From positions 6,361 through 70,360 of the forward strand of contig JAGVQM010000012.1 of NCBI GenBank assembly GCA_020051695.1: DNA of 64,000 bases, given 5' to 3'. The stretch's first letter is position 1, and the number at the start of each line of letters is the position of its first letter. Origin of the DNA: Candidatus Zixiibacteriota bacterium. GTDB taxonomy: Bacteria; Zixibacteria; MSB-5A5; WJJR01; JAJRUJ01. This document shows, one piece after another, positions 39,402-49,835 of the stretch. The translations under genes and the position numbers were made by a program. The notes under the pieces are model-generated. The model was not told the DNA's origin, did not search any database, and saw only the letters and a list, made by a program, of their open reading frames with translations.

Positions 39402-39596
39402 CACCCACCCCCGAATACTGCTCACGTTTTAATTCCTGAGTATTATACAACGCAGACCATCGGCTATTCCATAAGCAAGAGAATCTCTCGGGTGCTGTCG
39501 ATAAAAAACCGGGCAGAGTCGCGGCGCATGTTCCAGCAACGCAATGAAATGACGAACATCGGGGGCGGGGTTGCCCCCCGCCCCACAATCTGCCGA

Positions 39597-40199
39597 CTAC
39601 GACGCCATATCCGGTTTCCAGACCTCCCAGACCTTGCCGACCAGGTCCGGCCCGGGTTTGAGCGTCAACTTACCCGGCTGCCAGCCGGCTGGTGTCGCCT
39701 CACCGGTCTTGCGGACATGCTGGAACGCTTTGATCTGGCGGAGCAATTCGGCGACATTGCGTCCCACCGGCGGGGTCATTACTTCCATCGCCTGCACGAT
39801 ACCATCGGGGTCGATCAAAAACCGGCCACGGATATCGACACCACCCGCTTCGTCGTAAATGCCGTACACCCGGCCAATTTTGCCCCCCGCGTCCGATAAC
39901 ATCGGGAACGGGAACCCGCCTTTGACCATTTTGGAGAGCTCCTCGGCCTGCCAGATCTTGTGGGTAAAGTGAGAATCAGTGCTTGCGGCGAATACTTGTA
40001 CGTCCAGGGCCTTGAATTCATCCTGCTTGGCGGCAACTGCCGACAATTCCGTCGGTCAAACGAAGGTAAAATCACCGGGATAAAAACAAAGGACTATCCA
40101 TTTACCCTTGTAATCAGAGAGTTTGAATGTTCGAAATTTCCCCTCGTAAAAGGCATTCGCTGCAAAATCAGGGGCCGGTTCACCTACTCGAGCGGTCAT
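39597..40199 (-). CDS. peroxiredoxin (AhpC/TSA family) with an in-frame TGA at the peroxidatic-Cys position; candidate selenocysteine PrxU-like 1-Cys peroxiredoxin
   Basis: AAGGAGG lies 8 nt upstream of the ATG at 40199 ([47 protein letters not shown]). A TGA at 40058..40056 is followed in frame by [14 protein letters not shown]...[11 protein letters not shown]..., so the universal FTFVCPTE motif reads FTFV-TGA-PTE. The resolving Cys is absent (GEATPAGW instead of GEVCPAxW). The ORF track splits it into 40056..40400 and 39597..40046, which are in the same frame. Confidence 0.6.
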
Positions 40200-40443
40200 T
40201 TTCGGCGCCTCCTTTCGCAAAACTTTCGTTTCCTGATCGTCGGTGGTTTCTTCCGCCGGGTCGATTGGCCCAGCGGCCGGTTCAACGCATGATTTTCCTG
40301 GCTCGGTCATAAAATACCTCCTGTACTCTAATCCCATAAGATGATATGGGAATTTAGGAGATAATTCAAGAGAAAAAGGCGTGGGTGGGAAAACCGGCAC
40401 AGCTTGTCGACCATCCTGAGGGCAGGTTCGTTGAATTGTCCGC

Positions 40444-42306
40444 TTATTCAGCGATTAAATCAGTGCGTTGTGCATCCAATTTGAATTGCAAATCATGTAA
40501 TTTCCTGTACAACCCACCGCTGTGCAGGAGTTCCCCGTGCGAACCGCGCTGGACAATCCGGCCGTTATCGATCACCACGATCTCATCAGCGCGGCGGATC
40601 GTCGATAACCGGTGCGCCACCACCAGGGTCGTCCGGTTGTGCACCAGGTTGTTGATCGCTTTTTGCACTGTTGCTTCGGACTCGGTGTCCAGCGCGCTGG
40701 TGGCTTCATCAAAAATCAGGATTTCAGGGTCCTTCATAATCGCTCGGGCAATCGCCAGCCGCTGCCGCTGCCCGCCGGAAAGCTGCACGCCCCGCGGGCC
40801 GATGACCGTGTCGAAACCATCGGACATCTTTTCCACAAATTCCAGCGCATAGGCCGCCCGGGCCGCGGCTATCAGTTTTTCGCAGCTGCAATCGCGCATG
40901 CCGTACGCAATATTGTGGGTCACCGTATCGTTGAACAGGATTGTCTCCTGGGTCACGATCCCCAGCAGGCGCCGCCAGGAGTCGATCTGGAATTCCTGCA
41001 GGTCCACACCATCGACCAGCACCCGCCCGCTCAGGGGATCGTAAAACCGGGCCAGGATATCGCACAGGGTCGATTTGCCTCCGCCGGAGGGCCCAACCAG
41101 GGCGATCATCTTCCCCCGGGGCAGTTCGAGGTCGATCCCCTGCAATACGGGATATCCCTCACGATAGGCAAAGGAAACATGCTCGAAGACGATGCAGTCA
41201 GCGAACCGGGCAATCGGCCGCGCGCCCGGGCGGTCGGCAATGTCCGGTTTGGTATCGAGGATGCGGAAGATGCGCTCGATCGCGGCGGCTCCCTCCTGGA
41301 TTTTGACGTGCAATCCGGCCAGCGCCTTGACTGGTGTGAGCATGGAAAACATCAGGAAAAAATACGTCATGAACTCATCGGCGGTCAGCGACTCGCCGCC
41401 AAGCACCTGCCGCCCGCCGACATAAAGGATGGCCACACCGGCGGCCGTCCCCAGAAATTCATTGATCGGGGAGTTGAGGATGCGCATGCGCGTCATTTTC
41501 AACATCTCACGGAAAAATGCCTCGGTCCCCCGGCGAAAGCGCGCGACTTCGAAGTCTTTCATCGCAAAGGCCTTGACCACACGGATGCCGGAGATACTTT
41601 CCTCCAGCACCGTGGCCACTTCCGCCATTTTTTCCTGTGACCGTCCGGAATAGTGCCGGATCGCCCGGCCGACCAGCAACAACACCAGCCACGTCGCCGG
41701 CAGGACCAGCAGCGCCAACAAGGTAAGCTGCCAGCTGATCACAAACAGTGAGAAAAACAGAATCAATATGGTCAGCGGATCTTTGACCAGCCGCGTAAAA
41801 CCCAAGTCGAGCATATCGGTCAGCAGACTGACATCGTTGGTCACCCTGCTGATAATTTTTCCCGTATTTGTCCTGCTGAAATACGACAACGATAAGTCAT
41901 GATAGTGGGAAAATAAATCGTTCCGCAGTTGGAAGATCACTTTCTGCTGGACCAGGGCAACGATATAATTGTGGATGTAGAGAAAAATGTTCTTGATCAG
42001 GGACAGCACAATGATCACCCAGCATAATTGGACCAGTGTGGAGTATTGGTCCTCGCGGTGCACCAGCGCGTCAAGCCGGGATTTAACAAACTCCTTGATC
42101 TCCTCCAGGCCCCCGCCGGTTGCCCCCTGGTCGGCCGAGGTGACCGCATCCCAGGAAGCGCCGTTGGCGCCGAACAGGGTATTGACCAGCGGCCCGATCA
42201 TCCAGACCAGAACGGCCGAGAGCAGCACAAAAATCACCGTCGCCGTCACTGAAACAGCCAGCAGGGCCGCGTAGGGCCGGATGTATCGCAAAAATCTAAT
42301 CAGCAT
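40444..42306 (-). CDS. ABC exporter, fused permease-ATPase (MsbA/lipid-A-exporter-like)
   Basis: Six TM helices followed by an NBD with Walker [10 protein letters not shown], the signature [14 protein letters not shown] and Walker [13 protein letters not shown]. Confidence 0.85.
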   Translation of the reverse strand: MLIRFLRYIRPYAALLAVSVTATVIFVLLSAVLVWMIGPLVNTLFGANGASWDAVTSADQGATGGGLEEIKEFVKSRLDALVHREDQYSTLVQLCWVIIVLSLIKNIFLYIHNYIVALVQQKVIFQLRNDLFSHYHDLSLSYFSRTNTGKIISRVTNDVSLLTDMLDLGFTRLVKDPLTILILFFSLFVISWQLTLLALLVLPATWLVLLLVGRAIRHYSGRSQEKMAEVATVLEESISGIRVVKAFAMKDFEVARFRRGTEAFFREMLKMTRMRILNSPINEFLGTAAGVAILYVGGRQVLGGESLTADEFMTYFFLMFSMLTPVKALAGLHVKIQEGAAAIERIFRILDTKPDIADRPGARPIARFADCIVFEHVSFAYREGYPVLQGIDLELPRGKMIALVGPSGGGKSTLCDILARFYDPLSGRVLVDGVDLQEFQIDSWRRLLGIVTQETILFNDTVTHNIAYGMRDCSCEKLIAAARAAYALEFVEKMSDGFDTVIGPRGVQLSGGQRQRLAIARAIMKDPEILIFDEATSALDTESEATVQKAINNLVHNRTTLVVAHRLSTIRRADEIVVIDNGRIVQRGSHGELLHSGGLYRKLHDLQFKLDAQRTDLIAE

Positions 42307-42328
42307 AATTCCACTTTCCGATAGGCGT

Positions 42329-43456
42329 TCACCTGCGCCGCGGGTCCGCGACGACCGGTTCGGTGGCCGTGCGGTCAACGGCCGTTTCCTCGATCATCCC
42401 GCGCAGGGTATCGACAATCTCAGTCAGCTCCACGGGCTGCGCGGCCTCGTCAAAGGCCCGGTCCAGCGGCCCCAAAGGACGGTATTTGGCGAGATTGGAT
42501 ACGACAAAGATGCCGACGGTCGGCACGCCGCAAGCCGCCGCCAGGTGCATGATACCGTTGTCGTTGGACACATAAGCCGCCGCCACTTGAAAAAGTGAAA
42601 CTAAATCCTCAAATCGCAATTTGCCCGCCACCACGGCCGTCTGCGGCAGGTCCGCGCGGGTGGCCTGCATCATCTCATCCTCGGCAGGTCCCCAGATAAA
42701 AACCGGCCGGGCACCCAATTCTGTCCCAATCCGCCCTGCCAATTCCACAAACCGGCCAAGCGGCCAACGCTTGGGACCACGCCCGCCGGGGTGGATGACA
42801 ACCAGGGGAACATTGGCCGGAATGTTGTGCGAATGCCGGAAATGTGCGCCATAGGAATTGACCCGGGAGACATTCAACGCCGGCCGTGGCGCATCGGAGA
42901 CTTCCGCCAGCGCCCGCAGCAAATCGAGGTGCATCTGCGTGGCATGACGCCCGGGATCACCCGGATTGATGGCCGTCTCCAGCCATCGCGCCGACCCACG
43001 CCGGTTGTAGCCGATACGAAACCGTCCCCCGGAAAACGCGGTGACAATGGCATGGTTGAACGATAGCTCGAGTTCATCCGAGGCATCGAACACCAGTTCG
43101 AATTTTTCTTTTTGCAGCGAACGTACAATACCCCACAATTTGAGCGGATTTCGCGCGTAGGCCTTCTTATCATAGGGAATGCACCTGTCGACTGCGGGCA
43201 GGAAAGCCGCTAACTCCCGGAACCGCTTGGACAACAAACACGAAATCTTCATTCCGGGGAATGCCGTTTTCAGGGAAATTAGCAGCGGCGTCAGCAGAAT
43301 CGTGTTGCCGATTCGGTCATCAAGCCGCACGATGAGGACCTTGCGGATATTCCGTAAATCCGCGGCGGTGGGCGGCCGTCCGGGGCCGGGAGCAAAATAT
43401 GTAATCAGCCGAAAACCCAGGCGCTTGAGTCCGTGCTCGAATCCCTTGAGTCCCAT
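42329..43456 (-). CDS. glycosyltransferase family 9 (LPS heptosyltransferase-like)
   Basis: GT9 pattern: KVLIVRLDDRIGNTILLTPLL, VVIHPGGRGPKRWPLGRFVELA, VSNDNGIMHLAAACGVPTVGIF. Start at MGLKGFE. Confidence 0.7.
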   Translation of the reverse strand: MGLKGFEHGLKRLGFRLITYFAPGPGRPPTAADLRNIRKVLIVRLDDRIGNTILLTPLLISLKTAFPGMKISCLLSKRFRELAAFLPAVDRCIPYDKKAYARNPLKLWGIVRSLQKEKFELVFDASDELELSFNHAIVTAFSGGRFRIGYNRRGSARWLETAINPGDPGRHATQMHLDLLRALAEVSDAPRPALNVSRVNSYGAHFRHSHNIPANVPLVVIHPGGRGPKRWPLGRFVELAGRIGTELGARPVFIWGPAEDEMMQATRADLPQTAVVAGKLRFEDLVSLFQVAAAYVSNDNGIMHLAAACGVPTVGIFVVSNLAKYRPLGPLDRAFDEAAQPVELTEIVDTLRGMIEETAVDRTATEPVVADPRRR

Positions 43457-43487
43457 GCGCGGAATGTAACACCGCCGGCCGGATGGG

Positions 43488-44240
43488 TCAATCGGCCAAA
43501 CCGACCAGGCGGCGCAGGCGGGCGGTCTCGGGCTTGCCCAGTTTGCGGAAGGTACCGGGGGCCAGCCGGCCGACATGAAAACCGGCGAAAGAACGCCGGG
43601 ATAGTTGAATTACCGGCGCACCGGCCCAACCCAACAGCCGTTTGACTTCGTGTTTGCGACCTTCGCGGATGTGGACTTCAACAATAATATTCCGCCCACG
43701 CGGTTTGACTACCCGGATTGTCCCGCAGGCAGGGGTCTTGTCCCCCAGATCAACACCGGATTTCGCCTGTCGCACCTTGTCCGCCTGGGGTGCACTCCGG
43801 ACAGCGGCAAGGTAGACGCGCTCGATGCCATACCGGGGATGCTGCAAACGGCGCGATAATTCTCCGTCATTGGTCAAAAGCAGGGCGCCGTCAGTATCAA
43901 AATCCAGCCGGCCGACCGGCTGGACAACCTGTAATTCCGGCGGTAACAGGGAAAATATTGTCGGTTTGCCGCCCTGCCCCCGGCGCGAAACCAGATATCC
44001 CGCCGGTTTATGGAACAAGAACACCTGGTAGGCAGGCGGCGCGAGTCTGCGGCCGTCGACTTTCACAATGTCGGATTGCGGATTAACCGAGGTACCGACG
44101 GTGGTGACCGTATTCCCGTTGACTTCCACTCGTCCCGTGCGGATCAGGTCATCCGCCTTACGCCGTGAGGCCGTTCCGGTCCATGCCAGGTACCGGTTCA
44201 AACGCATCGACTCGTCCATCACCTGCACCACATACCCCAT
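43488..44240 (-). CDS. pseudouridine synthase, RsuA/RluB family
   Basis: S4-like N-terminus (RLNRYLAWTGTASRRKADDLI). The catalytic block VGRLDFDTDGALLLTNDGE carries the conserved Asp. Confidence 0.8.
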   Translation of the reverse strand: MGYVVQVMDESMRLNRYLAWTGTASRRKADDLIRTGRVEVNGNTVTTVGTSVNPQSDIVKVDGRRLAPPAYQVFLFHKPAGYLVSRRGQGGKPTIFSLLPPELQVVQPVGRLDFDTDGALLLTNDGELSRRLQHPRYGIERVYLAAVRSAPQADKVRQAKSGVDLGDKTPACGTIRVVKPRGRNIIVEVHIREGRKHEVKRLLGWAGAPVIQLSRRSFAGFHVGRLAPGTFRKLGKPETARLRRLVGLAD

Positions 44241-44306
44241 GCCATGTATAACCGCAAAAGACCAACTGGGGAAGATCAGGAAACCGGCAGCAATCCTCCG
44301 GCCGGC

Positions 44307-45389
44307 TTATTCGACCGGTGAGGTTACCACCTCTTCGGCAGTGCGGAGCAATCGTTCGTGTTCATGTTCGGCCTGGTCGTCGGGCAGCGGGACGTCCATG
44401 TCACTTTCGCTGGTTTCGCGGTCCTCGGAGCCGATTGTTTCCGCCGTTTCCCATTCATCCGCGGCGGACGCTGGAGTATCCCCCTCCGCGGCGGCTGTTC
44501 TTTTGAGGATCAGCCGCTGGGCCGGTGATGCACTCGTTTGTTCAGCAGGTTCGGGCTTAACCTGTTGATCGGCCTCGGCCGAAACCGGCCGGTGATCATC
44601 CTCGGGCGGCACAACTGCTTCCGACATTGGGGTATGATCGTCATCGCCTGCCGTCTCGCTCGCGGCCTGCGGTTCTTCGGCGGTTTCCCGATCGGCCACC
44701 CCTGCGGTCGGGACGGGTTCCGGTTCGCAGACCGTAGCAGATGTTTCATCTGTCGAACTGACGGCGCCGGACTCTTCTGTCTCTTCCGCCGAAGCAAAAT
44801 GCGCCGCCATTCCGGTGGTCAGTTTGATCGGGACCTGCTCTCCCGCCTCGTGCTGTTTCAGCAATTTTTCGAGTTCCTCGATTCGCGGCAACTCCCGTAG
44901 ATGGTTCAAACCGAAATAATAGAGGAATTCTTTGGTTGTGCCGTACATCAGCGGCCGGCCCGGCTTGTCCGAGCGCCCGACAATGGCCACAATTTTCCGT
45001 TCGAGCAGAGTGCGCAGAACCCCCCCCGAATCGACACCGCGGATTTTTTCGATTTCCGGGCCGCTGACCGGCTGCCGATAGGCAATAACCGCCAAAGTCT
45101 CCAGCGCCGGGCTGGACAGCCGTTGTTTTTTCGTTTTGGCCAGCAGACTTTCGATATATTCGGCGTATTCCGGCATCGTACACATCTGGTACCCGCCGGC
45201 AATTTCACGGACCCGGAATGAAGCGCCGGCCTCAACATACCTCTGGTTCAGGGCCGCAAGCGCCCGTTCGATCTCTTCGTTTTTGGTATCTGCCAGAACC
45301 CGGCTGATTGCGCGGAGCGGCAGCGGCTCGGCGGCTGCAAAAAGCAACGCCTCAACAATATTGGTCAATTGCCCGTTATTCATGGTCAT
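44307..45389 (-). CDS. scpB: segregation and condensation protein B with long acidic C-terminal extension
   Basis: ScpB winged-helix core (IVEALLFAAAEPLPL...GGYQMCT...SPALETLAVIAYRQPVSGPEIEKIRGVDSGGVLRTLLERKIV), followed by ~200 aa of low-complexity acidic tail. Confidence 0.8.
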   Translation of the reverse strand: MTMNNGQLTNIVEALLFAAAEPLPLRAISRVLADTKNEEIERALAALNQRYVEAGASFRVREIAGGYQMCTMPEYAEYIESLLAKTKKQRLSSPALETLAVIAYRQPVSGPEIEKIRGVDSGGVLRTLLERKIVAIVGRSDKPGRPLMYGTTKEFLYYFGLNHLRELPRIEELEKLLKQHEAGEQVPIKLTTGMAAHFASAEETEESGAVSSTDETSATVCEPEPVPTAGVADRETAEEPQAASETAGDDDHTPMSEAVVPPEDDHRPVSAEADQQVKPEPAEQTSASPAQRLILKRTAAAEGDTPASAADEWETAETIGSEDRETSESDMDVPLPDDQAEHEHERLLRTAEEVVTSPVE

Positions 45390-45399
45390 CCCCAAAGGA

Positions 45400-46185
45400 T
45401 TACGCGGCCACCGGATACAGCCAGATATCTGTGAACGGTCCGTTCTGGCGGAGGCCGATTTTCCCCGTGCGCAATAATTCCAACAGGGCAATAAAAGTCA
45501 TCACCAGAATGTTGCGCGTCGGATTGTCATCAAGCAAATCGGCAAAACGGATACCCGTGGAATGTTGCAGGACCGCTTCGACGTACGCTATCCGCTGTTC
45601 GACGGTGACCCGGTCGACGGCGACTTCACAGTAAATTTCCTCCTCGACGCGGTCCAGGACATCCTTGAACGCGCTGAGCAGGTCATACAGCGAGTAATTG
45701 TTCACGAATTCGTCTTTGGTCAGGGAGACCGGATCGACGAGGTCCGAGCGCCCGTAGACGCCACGGTTTTGCGCTTCCCGCTCCCGCAATTCCAGCGAGA
45801 CTTCCTTGTATTTCCGATACTCCAGCAGGGCGCGCACCAGTTCGTCGCGCGGGTCTTCCTCGTCCTCGGCCAACGGGTCCCGGGGCAGGAGCATGCTCGA
45901 CTTGATTCGAATCAATGTCGCGGCGACGACGAGATATTCACCGGCGATTTCCAGATCGAGGGTCTCCATTAAACGCAGGTACTCCAGGTATTGGCCGGTG
46001 ATCCGGGCGATGGGGATGTCGTAAATATCGATTTCGTCTTTTTTGATCAAATAGAGCAACAAATCCAGCGGCCCCTCAAAGACATCGAGTTTAATTGAAT
46101 GCAGACCACCGCCATGGCCGTTCCCGTTTCCATTCCCGTTGCCGTTGCCGCCGGGTTGCAGCGGATGTCCCTGCTCGCTTGTCAT
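45400..46185 (-). CDS. scpA: segregation and condensation protein A
   Basis: ScpA core (LDVFEGPLDLLLYLIKKDEIDIYDIPIARITGQYLEYL...). An N-terminal (GN)6 tract is encoded by a GTTGCC/GTTCCC-type hexanucleotide repeat at about 46110-46150. Confidence 0.85.
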   Translation of the reverse strand: MTSEQGHPLQPGGNGNGNGNGNGHGGGLHSIKLDVFEGPLDLLLYLIKKDEIDIYDIPIARITGQYLEYLRLMETLDLEIAGEYLVVAATLIRIKSSMLLPRDPLAEDEEDPRDELVRALLEYRKYKEVSLELREREAQNRGVYGRSDLVDPVSLTKDEFVNNYSLYDLLSAFKDVLDRVEEEIYCEVAVDRVTVEQRIAYVEAVLQHSTGIRFADLLDDNPTRNILVMTFIALLELLRTGKIGLRQNGPFTDIWLYPVAA

Positions 46186-46436
46186 CGTCGGTGCCCCAAA
46201 ATTGCCCCATCCTGCTTAGTGGTAGGTAATTCGACCCGCCCTAACGCGCAAGCATTAATTGGCACGCCCCCAGCACCGAAATTGACGGGTTTTCGCTGGA
46301 TTATTGTGCATTCGGGGACTCCCAGCCTCCTGTCCCTGAACTTTACTATTGACGCCGCAAGCACTTACCAAGTCGGGTATGTTGTTTGCATTTCCAATGA
46401 ATGAATGATAATTACGATGCTTGGTGGAGGAGAGTG

Positions 46437-47099
46437 ATGAAAAGTATGAGACGTTTTTTGACGCCAAGGCACCTGACGGGCATGATGCTCGTGACAGTGT
46501 TGCTTGCGATTTTGGCCGCGCCGGCGGACGCCGGGGGACATCGCAAAAAATACTCGTCCGCAAAACGATTGTACACCCAGCGGGGCTTCGCGTTGTCGGT
46601 CGCGCCGGGTCGGATGGGGTATGACGCGGAACTCTGCGGCTTGAACAACCGGCGCCATGCCGGTGGGGCGCAATTTTCGCTGGAGTATGGTTGTTGCCGC
46701 AAACTCTTTTTTTTCGGCGCGTTCTCCGGCGCGACCTATGAGTCGGATACCCAGGAAGACTGGTCGATGGGGTACGTTGATTTCGGCTTGCGTTATTCCT
46801 TCGCCTCGACACCGGACCAGCGGACCAGACCGTATATTTCCGGATCATTCGGACCGGCCATGATGTATTCGGAAGGGGCGTTTGATAATGAATCGGACCA
46901 CGAGTATATTGGCGGCTCGGCGCGCATAGCCGCCGGGATTGATTATTTCCTGTCGCGCAATGTGCTGATGTTTGTTGAGGTGAGCCGTCGGGGCGGGGCT
47001 TTCGATCGCGTGCGGCATTATGGGAAAGACTACAACCTGGCGGACAACCCGGAGTTTAGGGCCTCAGGCTTCCATGTCGGGTTCCGTTTTAGATTATGA
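46437..47099 (+). CDS. outer-membrane beta-barrel domain protein
   Basis: GGAGGAG RBS and a signal peptide (MKSMRRFLTPRHLTGMMLVTVLLAILAAPADA). Gly/Tyr/Phe-rich alternating strands and an aromatic-rich C-terminus (FHVGFRFRL). Confidence 0.55.
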   Translation: MKSMRRFLTPRHLTGMMLVTVLLAILAAPADAGGHRKKYSSAKRLYTQRGFALSVAPGRMGYDAELCGLNNRRHAGGAQFSLEYGCCRKLFFFGAFSGATYESDTQEDWSMGYVDFGLRYSFASTPDQRTRPYISGSFGPAMMYSEGAFDNESDHEYIGGSARIAAGIDYFLSRNVLMFVEVSRRGGAFDRVRHYGKDYNLADNPEFRASGFHVGFRFRL

Positions 47100-47873
47100 G
47101 TGCGGATGCTGGCCGGAAGGTCGCGGGGCGCACCAGGATTTAATCGCTGCGATCTTCCGGTTGAGACTTAATCCCCGCAAGATGCGAGCGGCAACCTGCA
47201 GGCCACAGGCACGAATAAATGATTCCGACCAGTAATCCGGGTGGGTCAGCATGTAAATGGCCGGCCACCGTTTGTTTCGGATATATTCCACTAATTGCCG
47301 CCCGGACTCGGCCTTGTCCCAGCGGACCCCCAGATCCCGCACATATATGTGATTCGGGTAGCGCTCATCCAACCCTGTGGCCACATCCAATATGCCATTC
47401 CGAGCCAGCAGCCCGGGATCATGAATGAGGATATCACCGTTGGTGAGATATCCCGTTTTCTTCACTCGGGGATCGCCGTGCTGGATGACCGTATCAATGG
47501 TTAACCCGGCATCCCGCAGCTGTTGCACCTCGCGTTCAAACAGGGCGATGGCCGCCGCAAAATCCCCCCGGCAGCGGTCGAGAGTATTGAAATGGTACCC
47601 AATTTCAAAGCCCTCCTCCTGCAATCGTGCCATTGTCGGCAGGTCATAAACCCGGGTATCAACGCGAAAATACAACGAGGACCGAATATTGTGCCGTTTT
47701 TCGATATCCGTGACCGCTAGAGTGCGTTTGAGGTTCCACTCGACGTCGTGGCGCAGGATGAACGGGAATTCCACCGCAGCTTCCCGGATGGCCCGGCGCA
47801 GCGTCAGGACCCGATACCCCGCACCGACCACCGTGCCCAGCAGCCGGTCATACGTACGCAGGGAAAAATCCAT
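47094..47873 (-). CDS. polysaccharide-deacetylase-like hydrolase (tentative)
   Basis: 259 aa. FILRHDVEW and GFEIGYHFN blocks resemble deacetylase-type metal-dependent hydrolases. I could not confirm a specific family. Confidence 0.35.
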   Translation of the reverse strand: MDFSLRTYDRLLGTVVGAGYRVLTLRRAIREAAVEFPFILRHDVEWNLKRTLAVTDIEKRHNIRSSLYFRVDTRVYDLPTMARLQEEGFEIGYHFNTLDRCRGDFAAAIALFEREVQQLRDAGLTIDTVIQHGDPRVKKTGYLTNGDILIHDPGLLARNGILDVATGLDERYPNHIYVRDLGVRWDKAESGRQLVEYIRNKRWPAIYMLTHPDYWSESFIRACGLQVAARILRGLSLNRKIAAIKSWCAPRPSGQHPHS

Positions 47874-47921
47874 GACCAGAGGCCCGCCGGGCGCCGGACA
47901 ACTGCCGTGCCCGGCGGAATT

Positions 47922-48266
47922 CTATTTGAAGCTTTTTATGGCATCATCAAGGGTGTCGAAGACTTCAAACACCGAGGTCAGCTTGGCAATAACCATAATT
48001 TTTTCGATTCGATCGGTGAGGTTGGCCAACCGCAGGTGACCGCCGGCATCGTTGAACTTTTTCCAGTGGTGGATTAAAATCGCGATCCCCGAGGAGTTCA
48101 TCCAGTCGGTCTTCCCCAGATCGAGCACGACTTTCAGTTTATTCCGGCCCAACAGGGCGTACAGTTTTTCATCCAGTTCGCCTGTGTCGATGCCGCCCAT
48201 CAGTTTTCCCGAAGGTTCGATAATGGAGATATCGCCCTTTTCGTATGCATTAACCTTCATGCTCAA
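47922..48266 (-). CDS. STAS-domain anti-sigma-factor antagonist
   Basis: 114 aa. SpoIIAA-like pattern with a conserved Ser in DWMNSSGIAIL. It is divergent from the NtrC-family regulator. Confidence 0.75.
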   Translation of the reverse strand: MSMKVNAYEKGDISIIEPSGKLMGGIDTGELDEKLYALLGRNKLKVVLDLGKTDWMNSSGIAILIHHWKKFNDAGGHLRLANLTDRIEKIMVIAKLTSVFEVFDTLDDAIKSFK

Positions 48267-48467
48267 CCTCCGTCTCCTGCACGAATGGCCCGTCCCGGGG
48301 ATCGACCCGCCCGGCGTCTATATACGTATCTTATACCGGTTTAACGGCCGATTTGTCAATCAAAGAATATATTTTTTGCCTTTCGCGGTTTTGCGCCCCT
48401 TACGGGGTCAGGAGTTTCGCCCTGCTGCCGATAATCTGAATACGGACCTGCAGTTAAAGGGGAAGAT

Positions 48468-49835
48468 ATGCCTTCGATTCTTGTTGTGGATGATAAGGAC
48501 TCCATCCGCAAAATGCTTTCGGAAACGCTGGTTGCGGAAGGACACGAAGTCGAGGTGGCGAAAAACGGCCATACGGCGGTGGAAAAGGTGCGGAACGGGC
48601 GCTTCGATCTGGTGCTGACCGACCTGAAAATGCCGGAGATGGACGGCCTGGAAGTCCTGGCCTCCATCCGGGAAACCAATCCGGAGACCGCCGTCATCGT
48701 GATGACCGCCTACGGTACCATCGAGGATGCGGTCAAAGCGATGAAATCCGGGGCTTACGATTTCCTGACCAAACCCTTCGACCCCGACCGACTCTCCATG
48801 CTCATCAACCGCGCCCTGGAAAACCGGCGACTGCTGGCCGAAAACGAACTGCTCCGCGAGGAATTAGCCAATAAACTCGGCTACAACCAGATTATTGGTT
48901 CGGCGCCCAGTATGAAGGCGACCGAGGCCCTGGTCAAAAAGGTTGCCGGCTCGGATACCACTGTTCTGTTTGAAGGTGAAAGCGGAACCGGGAAAGAGCT
49001 GTTTGCCGCGGCGATTCATCACTTGTCCCCGCGCCAGGACAAATCCTATGTGACGATTAACTGCGCGGCAATCCCCCGGGAATTGCTGGAAAACGAATTG
49101 TTCGGTTCGGAAGCCGGCGCGTTCACCTCTTCCAACGCCCGCAAAATGGGCAAATTCGAAATCGCCAATGGCGGTACGGTGTTTTTAGATGAAGTCGGCG
49201 ATATGGACATGGCGTTGCAGGCAAAATTGCTGCGCTTTCTGCAACAGCGTACATTTGAACGCCTCGGCGGCACCAAGACAATCACCGTGAATGTCCGCGT
49301 GATCGCCGCGACCAACGTTGATCTCAAGGCCGCCTGCGACAATAAGGAATTCCGCGAAGACCTGTACTATCGCCTTTCGGTCTTCCCTATTCGGATTCCG
49401 CCATTGAGGGAACGGCGGGAGGATATCGCCAAACTCGCCGATTATTTCATCGATAAGTACTGTACTGAACTGAAAAAGCCCACCAAAAAAATCACCCAGG
49501 ACGCCATCAAGCTGATGGACCGTTACAACTGGCCGGGAAATGTCCGCGAACTGGAAAATACCATCGAACGGGCGATTATCCTCTGTGAAGGGAAATATAT
49601 CACTCCCGATCACCTGGCAATCCGGATCCCTTCCAATGAAGAAATCCGCTTGCGGGAAGGTGCGGGACTCAAGGAAGTCGGACAACACGCTCAATCCATG
49701 GCGGAAAAAGCCATGATCCTTCGCGTGCTGGAGCAAACCCGTGGCAACAAACGCAAAGCCGCGGAAATCTTAAAAATCGACTACACTACATTATTCGAAA
49801 AAATGAAAAAATTCGGTATTGACTACCATCGCTAG
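48468..49835 (+). CDS. sigma-54-dependent two-component response regulator (NtrC family)
   Basis: REC domain (ILVVDDKDSIRKML...DLVLTDLKMPEMDG). AAA+ sigma-54 domain with Walker A GESGTGKELFA and a GAFT-variant loop (EAGAFTSS). C-terminal Fis-type HTH. Confidence 0.9.
   Translation: MPSILVVDDKDSIRKMLSETLVAEGHEVEVAKNGHTAVEKVRNGRFDLVLTDLKMPEMDGLEVLASIRETNPETAVIVMTAYGTIEDAVKAMKSGAYDFLTKPFDPDRLSMLINRALENRRLLAENELLREELANKLGYNQIIGSAPSMKATEALVKKVAGSDTTVLFEGESGTGKELFAAAIHHLSPRQDKSYVTINCAAIPRELLENELFGSEAGAFTSSNARKMGKFEIANGGTVFLDEVGDMDMALQAKLLRFLQQRTFERLGGTKTITVNVRVIAATNVDLKAACDNKEFREDLYYRLSVFPIRIPPLRERREDIAKLADYFIDKYCTELKKPTKKITQDAIKLMDRYNWPGNVRELENTIERAIILCEGKYITPDHLAIRIPSNEEIRLREGAGLKEVGQHAQSMAEKAMILRVLEQTRGNKRKAAEILKIDYTTLFEKMKKFGIDYHR

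Noticed and set aside
39597-40400. Interpreting the split peroxiredoxin as a pseudogene (nonsense mutation)
   Set aside because: The stop is exactly at the catalytic Cys codon and is TGA. Both halves are otherwise intact and in frame. A strong RBS precedes the natural start. The resolving Cys is independently absent, as in known Sec-containing PrxU. Selenocysteine recoding explains all four observations. I keep pseudogene as the refuting alternative.
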